DNA from: Zygnema circumcarinatum SAG 698-1b
Taxonomy: Eukaryota; Plantae; Zygnematophyceae
Length of the DNA: 64,000 nt
Direction of reading: 5' to 3'
Assembly: GCA_037447605.1 (NCBI GenBank)
Contig: CM074820.1
Location: forward strand, 1,116,001-1,180,000
Part shown: in pieces, positions 20,611 through 37,100 of the stretch
Position numbering within the stretch: position 1 is the stretch's first letter
Layout of the letters: the number at the start of each line of letters is the position of its first letter
Made by a program: the position numbers and the translations under genes
Notes under the pieces: generated by a model
What the model was told of the DNA's origin: nothing
The model's input: the letters and a program-made list of their open reading frames with translations, nothing else
Database searches by the model: none

Positions 20611-22717
20611 TTACGGTTGAGAAACCATCCGCGTTGCCAGAAGGGCAGGGACTACATAAAGAGCCAAAGGCTTTTCTAGCGAGAGCTGAGCCAAAACGAG
20701 CCCATTCACTGCTCCATGAAGGGCCAAGGGGGCCATGAGATTGCCTGTCCATGCATAGACGCCGCCGAGAATCATGGCTTGAGGAGTGAGTAAAAGTATG
20801 AAGGCCGAGCCGTGTGCCAACGCAAACATGAGGGAGCTTGAGAGTAGGGCCAGAAAGAAGGGCATCCATTGATGCAAGCCAGAAAGCAGAAATGCACGGA
20901 AGACAATTTCCTCCTTCAGGGGCCCTAACCAACAGCTTGCAACAGCTGTTGCTAAAGCAGGTGCCGGACCGCCGGCAATAAGACTCTGCACGAGTTGGCG
21001 ACCGTCAGCTTTTATCGCATCCTGCAAGCCGGAATAGGGTTACAACCGAACACGTCAGGATTTGGACGTTTCCTTAGACATTGGCTTAGAAAACAGCACA
21101 CCATTAGTCATCACCTTCCGATATTAGTTAGTGAAACCAAGGAGAGTCTACACCTGAATCTCACTGTAAGAAGTTGAAACGAACTAAAGCGGTAGATGTA
21201 AGTGGAATATATGAAGAAACTTAAAAAGCATCGTCATCGGAAATGAGAATAATCAATAAGCCATTCCCAAGCTGCTTTTGCCACCCCCACAAAGGGATTG
21301 CACCCTGTTCGTGAACTGTTTCGAGATATGTGTTGGATATGCACCTGGGCACCAAGAAGGCGTGCTGCAGCAAACTCCCACCCAATTGAAAGGACGAGAC
21401 CAACAACTGCAGCTGGCAGCCAGCCTCTTGTCCCATTCCACTTTCCGAAATCCAAATGCATGCACTCTTCCCGAAGACCAAGGAGCTGCAGTGTTCCTGA
21501 GACGCTCACTATTCCCACTGCTTCCAACGCGAGGAGAAAAAGGGACTGGTGGCAAGGGAAAATATTTCGGTCAGTTATATGTTCTCATCACTCGTTGAGA
21601 AAGCTCATGCGGTGCCAGGAGGACCATGAAAGATGAAAGAAGTGGAAAAGTGGTATCATGAGCAACCCTTCGAACATTTTACCAATCCAGCAGTTTGTAT
21701 GGGCACAAATAGCGGCTGACAAGCAGCAGACGCAGCTGAATTGCCAAGAGCCAGCAAACATGTCTATACTAATACCCCTGTTCTGCTTACCTTCATCAAA
21801 GGTCCGGCTTCCGCGCTGTGTACCACTCCCGAGAATGCGGCAATGGGCACAACTTGCAGCACGAATAGAATCACCAATGCCGCTAGTAACGTGTTGAAGC
21901 GAAATGGGGCTATCGCTGGAAGCCGCAAGAAACCGCCATTGCCCTTCTGGGAGGAACGACCCAGCATGAGTCGAGAAGGAAAAAAATTTATAGACCCGCA
22001 CAAACAAGCCTCCGGAAAGATGTGCGCCCAGAAATCAAGCAGCGGCGCTCGCATGTACTGGACTTGTGGAGGTAAATATCAGCCGCACACTTGAAGCAAA
22101 ATATAAAGCACCCAAAAAACGCCTGCAGAGACCTTATGCTGCCATTGATTAATACAAAAGTCATATCAAACTTCACATTAGTGCAAAATTGAGACAATAG
22201 CCTAGGGGGTTTCTTCGAGTCTCCACTAAGCTCTAACCTTTGCAATGCTTCTGAGCACGGATGGGAAACCGCTATCAGAAGCAGGAGCAGAGGCGCATAG
22301 GATTCTTGCTGAATGTGTTTTTGAAGGTCCATTGCGCCCATGCATATGCATCCATTTGCCAGAACTTTCGTCCGCCTTCATGCCCCTCAGACAATTCAGA
22401 GGAGCTTGAAAGAAACGCTTCCTTTCCCTCCACGAAATCCGTAAATTCCTGCGGCAGTGCTGCTTGCTTTCAAGCCCTAACGACATGCAAGAAGCGGAGA
22501 ATCTCCTGCAGCCATGGACGCCTCTCTCTCGGAACGCGTCCGTCACTCGTGGATGGATATTAGAAGCAGAAGACGAAAAGGAGACAGAGACGCAAGAAGG
22601 CGCCATGAAGGCGGAGCTGCTACCCTTCAAGCGAAGGGACGATGCTCCGCCATGGAGGGCCACCCGCCATGGAGGGCCACCCGCCATGGCTGCACCGACG
22701 ACAGGAGCCATTTTCAA
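20611..22717 (-). CDS. CPBP family (CAAX protease/Abi) intramembrane metalloprotease, probably plastid-targeted
   Basis: Last exon has CPBP motifs PLKEEIVFRAFLL, MFALAH and LHGAVN in hydrophobic helices; long Ser/Arg-rich N-terminal exon; internal exon boundaries only approximate. Confidence 0.85.
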
Positions 22718-22839
22718 GGGTCTCCCACTGAACAGGGAGAATGCCGTTCCATGTGCATAGTTACGTCACCGTTGACTCGTTTCCATGACACCAGTTACGA
22801 GACCGCTGAACGGTTCGTGGAACTGCTACTGCATAGGTC

Positions 22840-23290
22840 GGGGTGACCTGGTTGGTTGGCTGGTTGGTTAGTGGTTGGTTGATACGTTGGGAGGCTGGTT
22901 GGCTGAAAGGGTTGAATGGTTGGTTGACGGCTGCGCGCTTGATCGGGACCATTCGACCAACCGTTCGACTGGTTGCTGCCAACCATTGGCGCCGGATCGA
23001 AACAACCATTCGAATATTCGGTTCGGAACCAGTGGATGCCAATGGTTGGCAACCGTTCGAGTGGTTCGGAATGGTTGGACGTCTACTGTTTGGCAACCAG
23101 ACGAATGGTTGCCAACCGTTAGACGTCCAATCATTGCCATTCAATTGCCAACGATTGCCGATGCAATGGTCCGACCTGTGATGGACTTAAACCATTGGCA
23201 ACGGTTGGCAATTGGCGACCAATGCCCGCAACCATTTGGCAATGGTTGGCTGGCTCGCCTACCGATGGTTTATTCAATGGTCGGCCCTGT
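22840..23290. repeat. Degenerate foldback repeat built from AACCATTGG/CCAATGGTT units
   Basis: Perfect 14-bp inverted repeat TGCCAACCATTGGC (22977..22990) / GCCAATGGTTGGCA (23038..23051), plus many related units. The same motif occurs at about 19255-19340 and 20103-20155. Confidence 0.7.
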
Positions 23291-24411
23291 TACCTTGCTG
23301 TACCATTCTCTGTGGCTCTGTTCTTCTCCCTTTGGGCCATTAACACGAACTATAGTAACGCCTTCACAATGGTGACTCGCCACATACACAAATCTGTTTA
23401 CGTGACGAATGGCCATTTGAAGGTGCTCAATTACAGCTCGCAATGCATCTTTGCATTATTGTGTAGCGCATTGGAGATTTTACAGAAGTGCGAGGTCCAG
23501 ACGCTTTTGGAGATATTCTTACTCTCATGCCATTTCAAAACGACAAACGAATCACAAAATAACCCTTCTAGAAGCTGAACTAAGATGAAAAAACCTTCGA
23601 GTTTTTCCAATGTCAGATTCTCTACGTGGTCATCCCTACAAGAGGAGTAATGCACTCCCTGAAAACTCAGGATGCAACAAACTAACTACCAAACTTGCGT
23701 CACTACCCTCACCTCACCATCATCTACGTTCAGAATTGACATCGAGCGTTGCACATTGCTACATCACTCTGCTATCCAACGCCATCTACGGTTCTCAAGT
23801 GTATTACTTACGGCTGATTCTTATTGTACCGTTTTCCATGGAGTATGTGCCTCCATAATAAGGGCCCCTTCCCATACCTTCAACAAGGGCCACGGTTTTG
23901 GAAAGCGTCGTTGACGTTCTCTAACACCAGTTTGAATACATAGCAACGGTTGGACCCTCTCGTTTGAAAGCCATTGCGGGCTCAAGTAACAAGTCCGTGC
24001 AAAACTGAGCTTAAGAAAACGTCAGTCTTTAAAGGCACTGGAATGCCACCGCGCCGGACATCCTCCACAACCCACTCGTCCTTGTGATAAGGCTGACAGC
24101 AAAAAGTCTCGCCTGCCCTTTGTGGTCGCAACCCACGGTATTGCCATCGATGTTGCCTGTGTCAATTCCCATACAGGATTCACATTGAGATACCATGGCA
24201 TGGCACGTAGCGACCGAATGGCGTAATGTAATTGGAGGCAGCCAACCCTTCCTTTGCCCCCTCCGCTTTCAAACCACTGCCAAGGTTGTGGGTCTTCGTT
24301 CAACTGACCACGTACCCCCTTGGTTGTTTACCGGGGCCGTTCAACCGAACTAGAACTCAGGTTAAAAACAAAGTTGCCCTCAAAACAAAGCAAGCTATTG
24401 ATGTTCAGGCG

Positions 24412-27400
24412 TCAGGGAACAATGCCGGCTTGCCTCTCCTTGTACGGAGATGTAAGGCCCACAGCACGAGCATCGGAGAGGAGAGCTTCATCATGAAGCC
24501 ATGGCACAGTCCGCCATACTCTTAATCGAAGGTCGTCAGCATAGTTCTTTCTCGTGACTGCATCGAGTACAACCAGTTTCAGTTTCAGTTCAGTTTAGTT
24601 CCAGTTTTAGTTTCAGTTCTAGATATACAGGCTGATTACTACAATGCAGGAATCGACAGGAAACCCTCTGCTCACTAGAACGACCTCTCGTCCAAGGAAG
24701 GAGGAAGGAGGGAAGGAAGAACGAAGGGAGGAAGAAGTATGATACCATTCTGTGGGTTCTGTCGCTGCTCAATACATAAAGATGCGAAATGTCTACTTGT
24801 GGGTTGCAGTAGTATCAAGTCCCACTGCTTGGATTGCTTATGCTGATCGGAACAGTTATCATTGAGTCCTAAGGAAAGAGCGATCTCCACTGCCTGCAGA
24901 AGATGAACACATTCCAAAACAGAAAATGAAGTCACAAAAACATGAAAACGACGAGGAAGTGAGAACGAGAAGTGAGTACCGCCCCAGCAGAGACGTATAC
25001 TCTATAAGAAATATGGGCAGTAGCCCTCCCTCCAACGCTAATGGACATCCCTTCACAAAGACTAGAACAGTTACAACGGACATCTGGATGACGAACAAAG
25101 CATTTTGAAAGAATCATTGAAATCTGTTGTGCTGCTTTATGATTAGCTCATCTTCACCACTTTCACTGGGCCCACAACGTCAGCAAATGTTTGCTTGTAG
25201 TGAACCTCATTGTCAGATGTCAAACCCGTGATAGCCTCCAGAGCTTCTCTAATGGCTGGTGATGCTCGCAATTGAAATGAGAAACTGTGCAGAGGTGCCG
25301 CCAGTATGCCTTCTCCAATCGCTTTAACATAAGCCTCCTGCAGCGGAAATGAAATTTCAAAACGAACCTCTCTTTCAACAAATGGGTGAACATAAATTTT
25401 CTATGTATCAAGTACTTTAAGCAGACAAAGCCTGCTAAGTAAAACAGGAGCTCTACGGCCACCGTCATACCTATGTCAGCATTGCCACATACCTTTCTCT
25501 CAAGGCAACAACATAATTTTTCAAAGATGTGCCTGGACCTAGAAAATATTGATACTGAAAGGCATTCAGAAACGAGCACGGGCATTCGTGCCAACCGTGG
25601 ATAAATAAGATGCAAGAGTCATATCCTGCCTTCAGAGTCCAAAGCTGAACAAATCGGCGTCGCCGCTCCTCAGGATCAGGGATGGCCTGCAACCAGTTTG
25701 CTTCCTCTTCCGAAAGCCGTCTACGCGCCAAAGTCATGATGTCCGAACGCACAGCTCTTCGGGTTTCCTCCACATCGACTCCAATCTGTGCAAGAGGAGA
25801 GATTGCCAGGTAAGCCATGAGTGGTGCGCCTTCGCTGAAGCTGAATTAATCACACGCAACAACAAGATGCACTGAAATAACGTGGCATGTCACAAGCAAA
25901 GTTCCGCAGCGAGAGTTCCAGAATACAGCTTACTCACTGTGTAGGGCCCAATCGAGGACAATAACGTAAGGAACAAGGAGGTCCAAGTCAACCACCGACA
26001 AGTTGCTCTTTTCATGCATGCATCAACTTACCGTCCTATAGGTTTGCAACACGAAACTTGCAACTATGGCAACCATTCGTCGCAAGCTCTTCAGTACAGT
26101 CAGTTTATGACAAGCATCAACCTCGGCTTGCATGGAGACAACAAATGTTTAGAGGCCTCCGTCATCCGCTGCGAAGCTGGTCCTTTTGAAGAGCTAGTAA
26201 AACAAACCCAAAAAATCATGACTTTCCGAACTGGAGAGGGCGATTAAGCCTTCCTGTGAACCATTCAGGTTGACGATGGCAGAATTGCAGGGTGCATTGA
26301 CTTCATGCCTGGCGATTGCAAGTAACTCCACATGCGATAAGTGACTTTGTGTGCGAGAGGTTGAATTGAAGTGGAGGGAATGCAGCTGTTGTCTTTCCAT
26401 GCAGTGATGTTGAAACAGGCCAGACCACCTGTCACAATAAGCTCAGTCAAAGAAAATCTTAAAAGTAAATCACTTGGTGCAGTCGGTTCACTGTTATGGC
26501 TATGACTAAATGAAGCACCAAAAGAAAAGACAATGACTACACATGAAAGTCTTCTGAATAATAAGACATTGATTGCACTAAAACTAATTAAATAATTTCC
26601 AAATAAAATAGCACACTTGTAAATGCCAAGGCTGCTGGTCTGGAGAAAGCCTCAATAAATCTTAACACACAGGTACTTAGGTGTGAACTCACGTCTGGCT
26701 TTCCATGCTTATTGCGAGTGAAGTTGAGGTCGCTGGGGTCTAAGAGGCCTGCACAATCTGACTTTTAAAAAATACACTACAAGATGCCGTGAATTACAGA
26801 GCAAACACCGCTGTACACTCAGCTGCCTACATACATCGGCCACTCTGCAAGCTGGACGTCTTTGGAGTCATTAACATGACTGCAGGTGAAGGTGCAGAAA
26901 TTATTTACTAGCAAATGCAACCCTAGCAACAGGTCATTCAAAATGAATAACCTAGGCAGGAGTCTTTGCTGAACGAATCTCAACAACTTGTCCGTTGATG
27001 CTCACATAAATCTTCACTCTGAAGTGAGCATTAACCTCTATTGGAGCTGGTCGCATTTTCTTGACCACATTCACTAAACTTGACGGGCCTTCGGAAATGA
27101 TTGATTTCAGTGCCACTTCTCACCCATCAAATAGGTCCGTCTTTTCATCACTTGCAGGTAGACCCTATTTCCTGCTAAAAACTCAAGCACCATGCCAGAA
27201 ATGGATGTAATCTGTAACCTTACATCTTGCTAGCGTTGTGCGAAGGAGCGCGCTTGTCAAAATCCGCTCCTTCTTGAGCCGCTCTGAGGTTGCTTGTGCT
27301 ACTTTTTCCCGTTCTGATTGCGAAAGAAAAGAAAGATAACGGCGCAGCAAGGCAGGGTCTCGCACGTCCTCCGGAAAAAGACACCACAGATGAACCTCTC

Positions 27401-27561
27401 TGCAATCAGACCTCCCAAGCAGCACCTGCTTTTGAACAACTCCTGAATGCTTCCTGGAAGGGCCAATGCCAAGCACATGGACAAGTTGAAAATCAGAGAA
27501 GCGGAGGGGCTGAAGCTGACCCAGGGCCGGGCGGAGGCCGCAGGAGGGCCCGCAAAGCCAT
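24412..27561 (-). CDS. 4'-phosphopantetheinyl transferase (Sfp/AASDHPPT type)
   Basis: GEVHLWCLFPE...LLRTTLAR; FTRNKHGKPD; PPLQFNLSHTKSLIACG; IGVDVEE; FVQLWTLKEAYVKAIGEG; LRVWRTVPW; stop at 24412-24414. An in-frame upstream ATG at 27684 is an alternative start. Confidence 0.9.
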
Positions 27562-28228
27562 GGCGAGCACTAAAGGGAGAGTGATAGTGAGAGAAATCTG
27601 CTTCCGCGCACACAGCTTTGAGGCGAGAAACACACCAGGCTCATCCAACAGAAGTTGCAGCCCGGGGACACGCCGCGTTTTCATGCCGAAATGTGGAGAA
27701 TTTGTTCAGGACAGTTCAACTGTCATAGAACAGCGTGGTAACGCGTGCATGAGACACGTGGCGTGCTCTCAAGCAAAGTCTAAAAACCTTTCAAGCCAAA
27801 ATTCAACGGTAAAATTACGCTGCCTTACGACACGTGACGTGTCCACCCCTCAAGTATTGACACGTGGCGTAATCGTTACAATCCTTTTTAATAGTTTTTC
27901 GTTATTTATTTGCCTGAAGCTTGCCAGAAATACAGAATACAGAACACTTCCGACAACGACACGCATTGTTCGCTTCCGTGTTGTTGTTGTTGTTGTTGAT
28001 GTTGATGTTGTCACCGGGGGTGTGCACGACCGCCATCGTGAGAGCAGCCAGCCGCACAGGCTCTCGTCGCCACAAATTGGGAGGCCGAACGGTGGAGGCC
28101 GTGTGACTTGCAGCCCCGCAGTGCCGATTCACTCCATCCATGGACCTTCGCCCGCTTTTACTTGGTGCTGTATTTTGATGCTGATAATATTTGCGATTAA
28201 ATAATTTGACAATCTTGCCGGAAGACAT

Positions 28229-28302
28229 GCTCTCATAGCTCAGTTGGTTAGAGCACCCGTTTAGTAAGCGGGAGGTCTTGAGTTCAACTCTCAATGAGAG
28301 CA
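28229..28302 (+). tRNA. tRNA-Thr(AGT)
   Basis: 74-nt cloverleaf GCTCTCA...TGAGAGCA; anticodon arm CCCGT-TTAGTAA-GCGGG; T-loop GTTCAAC; downstream T-run. Confidence 0.97.
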
Positions 28303-28623
28303 AATTGTCGCTTTTGGTTATTGGTTACATTCCTTTTTATTGTTGGTGTTCCAAAAACATTTCCAATGAATTACTTTTCAAGCAGGACTAAGTTACGACC
28401 AGAGAAACCGCTGGAGTGACACATCCACACTGCCACATCCACTGTTCTTGAGTGACACTTGAATTTGCATTCGGCAAACTTCTCTTATCTCCTTGCTCGC
28501 TTTTCCTTCTATCTCTTATTTAGTGCAAAAGCCAGCATAAGAAATTATTTTCGTATGCTTTTGTAGTTGATAGCTCCTGTTTGTTTCGTTGTTAGAAGAA
28601 CTAAAAGCAAAAGCAGAGATAAT

Positions 28624-28697
28624 TGCTCTCATTGAGAGTTGAACTCAAGACCTCCCGCTTACTAAACGGGTGCTCTAACCAACTGAGCTATGAGAGC
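28624..28697 (-). tRNA. tRNA-Thr(AGT), identical second copy
   Basis: Exact reverse complement of 28229..28302. Confidence 0.97.
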
Positions 28698-28709
28698 ACG
28701 TTATAATAA

Positions 28710-33216
<4,507 letters not shown>

Positions 33217-34118
33217 GAGGGGGCCAGACCTCTTGTAGACGATGAGGAAGTCCAGCAGGCAGACAGGCGCAGCCGTACAGGGTGCAGGAAAGAAGGATCT
33301 GCAGACCTTAAAGAAGAAGCAATCCAGGGGTTCAATTCGGTGGAGCAGCTTAAGTCTGTATGACATTCGTAGGAAAGTCAATTTTGCTTTCTCATGGCTG
33401 TGCGCCCATATTTCGCGGTAAGTTGGATTATTAAAGATGTATCTTATGGCTGCCCCCACCCGCAGTGCAGGTAGACAGATGTCTGTCTCTGTGGGCGCAG
33501 ACCCTGTCCCTAGCCGCGGCTGATGCCCGGCAGGCAGCCTCGGAGCCACGGGCGGCGCAAGTCAGTCCCCTGTCCTGCTTGGCAGCCTTGGGCGGGTCCC
33601 ACCCTGAGGCGCAGCCTTGGGCGGGTCCCACCCTGAGGCGCAGTGGATTGCTCAATTGAGCAGAGGACGTTTCCCCTTTTGGCAGTCTGCTTGCTTGATT
33701 GGAGGGATTGGTGGATGCCTCACTGCTTGGTTGGGTTAGGCTTCAGCCATGTGCGAATGCGTGTGTGATTTACGTCACTTGTAACACGTGCTTTTTGGAT
33801 GGACGGCCTTCATGTTGATCACATAGTTTACCCCGTGTGCGAGGATTCATGCGTTTGTCGTCACATCACATCGTCGTGACATCATCATCACCATTCAATC
33901 CCTAGAGAATGTTCACGGTTTTTTTAAAGGTTTAAATTCACCCATCCTGTGCGGGCACATACCTTCCTAATAACAAGCCACTTGAACCGAGGACTGCAGT
34001 AACTGCAGTAGATAAACAAGCATTACGAGAAAAGAAATTGAAAAGCTATACGGGCATTAGAGAGAACTTTTCAACAGACATCAATGCAAAAATCGTGCCT
34101 GCCTGTTGTTGGTTTTAT

Positions 34119-37100
34119 TCAAATAAAGAGATTGTCCTCTTGGCTTTTACTCACAGAAGACTTGCTTCCTTCTTCCCGACCACTTCCATCATCACCTTCG
34201 TCGTCGTCCCCCTGATCATCCTCGTTTCCAGTTCTAGTTCTGATTGCAATTGCAGTTTCAATTTGAGTTCCAGTCTTAGTTCTCTCCTCAGTTTGGACTG
34301 ACACAATCACGCTTGGTCCTCCATTCCGCTCGTGAAGGGCAGTCAGAGGAGGGCCCACATGGAGTTTCCTTGTCTGCATATGGAAGAGCTCAGCAATGCC
34401 GTCCGGATGGGAGGCGTCCTCAGGTCGTTTATCTGTTCGTCGCCGGATGAAGCGCGGAAATCGCATGGAGATTCCGCGGGTTGGATGAACCAATCCGGCA
34501 GCAGCTTGGTGCACGGGGGAGATGGTGAGATCTGCAGTCAGAGCAGAGGACTTGCTGGCCCTCTAGTCCAGCATATCCAGACACAGGCACTGACCTATCC
34601 GGTCTGCCGACTCACCATGCTGCCCCGTCACGGTGAAAAACTAACGTAGTGTTGCATTCATGGTGACTCTTCATTTGCACTTTCAGCATATCCCTTCGTT
34701 TGCATTAGCTATGCTGCGATATCAGGGTTGGACATAGACCAAAACAGTGCAGACCACCCTTCCCACCACAAAATGCTGAAGATCACTTAAACCCGCGAAA
34801 GGGAGGGGACGGGCGAGGAGAAGGGGAGGGGGAGGGAGGGCGGGAAGGGGAGGGGANNNNNNNNNNGGGAGGGAGGGAGGGAGGGAGGGAGGGACTCACC
34901 TGCGCCTCGGATCTCCCAGACTTCCGACGGCACAAACCAGACGTCCGGTTGCTCCCCTGTGATGAAGTATGGTGGCCGCCTCTCAAGCAGCCGCTGCTCG
35001 CGGTAAGCCATCGTCGTCTGCAGGCCATACCCTCTCAACCCCGTAGTCCCACTCTCACGAATCTCCCTCCAGTATCGAGTTATCTCTCACATGGGTTTGT
35101 TCCTTGACAGCCCGAGAAGCCAAGGAAACACTCGTTCGTAAGGCCTAAAACATGAAACGTAATTGCAGAAAGAGCAGCCAACCTCTTTATAGAATTCGTC
35201 GGTGAACCCTGACATTACTCGGCACACGCTTTGATACTCTTCCCTTTCTGTATCATAGCAGGCAAGTAGGAATGGACTAAACCTGTCACCCTCCACCATG
35301 GCGGCAAAAGGCTGAATCGGATTCCCTTCCCTAGTCATACTCGACGGCTTTACTATAGGGCGAATATGACAGTATGAGTCAAATTTCAATACTGGACCTT
35401 AAGCTGAGCATGTGCTAGATTTCAGGTAAGGAATCCGAAGGCGTCAGAAGTTTGGGTATTCTGAAAACAGCTTATTACAGAAAAATGCAGTTGCGGCGGG
35501 AACAAATAAGTAAGAAAACATAAAGACGTAAAAGTGTGAGTTAGAATGATGAGAAATGAGTAAAGAAAATGGATGCTAACCAGCCTGCCTTGCGCCCATT
35601 GCCATGCCAACCCCCAATTGGAACGAGGTCGAGTGAGTCCCTCAGTCCCTCAACATAGTCCTTTTTCACCTGCACACATTTCAGAGTATTGCATGAGAGA
35701 AGCTGAATTTGAAGCCACAAATGCAATCTGTGACATGCTATAGCATCGAAGACAAACGTTCATAGAAGCAGTTCATATGTCCATCTAACATCCCACCTAA
35801 ACCTTTATATTTCAACACCAAGAACGGTGCCTCTACTGCCAGACTTGAGGATGACGGCTGCAAAATTTGCTGAATCGTTTCACCGAAGACTCCAATAGTC
35901 TGAAATTTCGCCGACTGACTTCCCGTACTGCCCTACTTTCCTTAACAGAATCCTCCACTTTAAACAAAACGGAAATTCTTCTTGTCTTTTTTAGGGTCCT
36001 TTTTCACCTTCTCTCACTAACTGGCTTCTCCACTTCAACAACCAATACGACAATGAATTCTCTTTGTTAAGATTCATTAGAGTCCTTTTCTAGCAGGTTT
36101 CTTTTAAAGTGTTTTAGAATCTTGTGCCAAATCTTGCCTTTAGCCACGAGTCGGTGCGTTTGCTAGCTGCGTACTTGGATTCGCCATCGAGTGCTTTCGC
36201 GACAAGTCCTTCACAGGAGGCAGCGAAGGATGACTGAAGGAACTCCTCCACTGCAGATTCGCTGTTAGCTGCATCTGCCTCGATCTGCACCACATAGAGC
36301 AGAAATGGTTGGCATTATGGGCCACCTTCTTCTACCTCGTCTTCTCCTTCTTCGTCTTCTCCTTGTTGAGAATTTTCTTCTCCTTCTTCTTCTTCGTCTT
36401 CTTCCTCGTCTTCTTCTTCTTCTTCTTCTTCTTCTTCTTCTTCTTCTTCTTCTTCTTCTTCTTCTTCTTCTTCGTCTTCTTCTTCTTATTCTTCTTCTTC
36501 TTCTTCTTCTTCTTCTTCTTCTTCTCCTTGAGAATTCTTCTTCGTCTTCTCCTACTTGATAATTCTCCTTCTACTACTACTTCTTGAGAATTCTGCTCCT
36601 TCTTCTCCTTGTTGAGAATCTCTCTCGAAAACGCTTATTATTGTTAAGCAATTGCGTCAGCAGAAAGGAAACCATCACCAAGATGCTATCATACATTTAT
36701 GTTGTGAGCGAATTCGAAGTAGCCGGGCCGCACGCATGCGAAGGAGTCGTACATTCCTGGCATAGAACATGGGGTAATGGATAAGAAATCAGGGACTGAA
36801 GAAAGAGTCAATAGCTTTTTTTTACAAATAAAAGTAAATTGCAATTTTTTGCCTCGTGTTTAGGGGTGAAGCAGCAGCTCTGCCTTCCTCAGCTTTACAA
36901 CGGCATGCAACGTCGGATGGCAAAGTTTCAGAGGGAACTCACTAATAAAACTAATCATGATTTTTATGCAGCCTTTTATAAGCAAAGGAATCAACTTTTA
37001 CTTAACAGCTATTTTTTCTTGATTTTCTCCAACATATTATAAAACGTTTCTCATAAAAAGTTTCATTTGAGCAAGAAAACATAGGCAATAGAAACCCAAC

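Noticed and set aside
22840-23290. CRISPR-like array
   Set aside because: Units are irregular, inverted and lack unique constant-length spacers; the context is eukaryotic and there are no cas genes.
33582-33639. 29-bp direct tandem duplication in the ATP2 3' region
   Set aside because: A real but simple two-copy slippage duplication with no sign of function.
36305-36587. Poly-Leu and poly-Phe ORFs
   Set aside because: Translations of the (TTC)n microsatellite.
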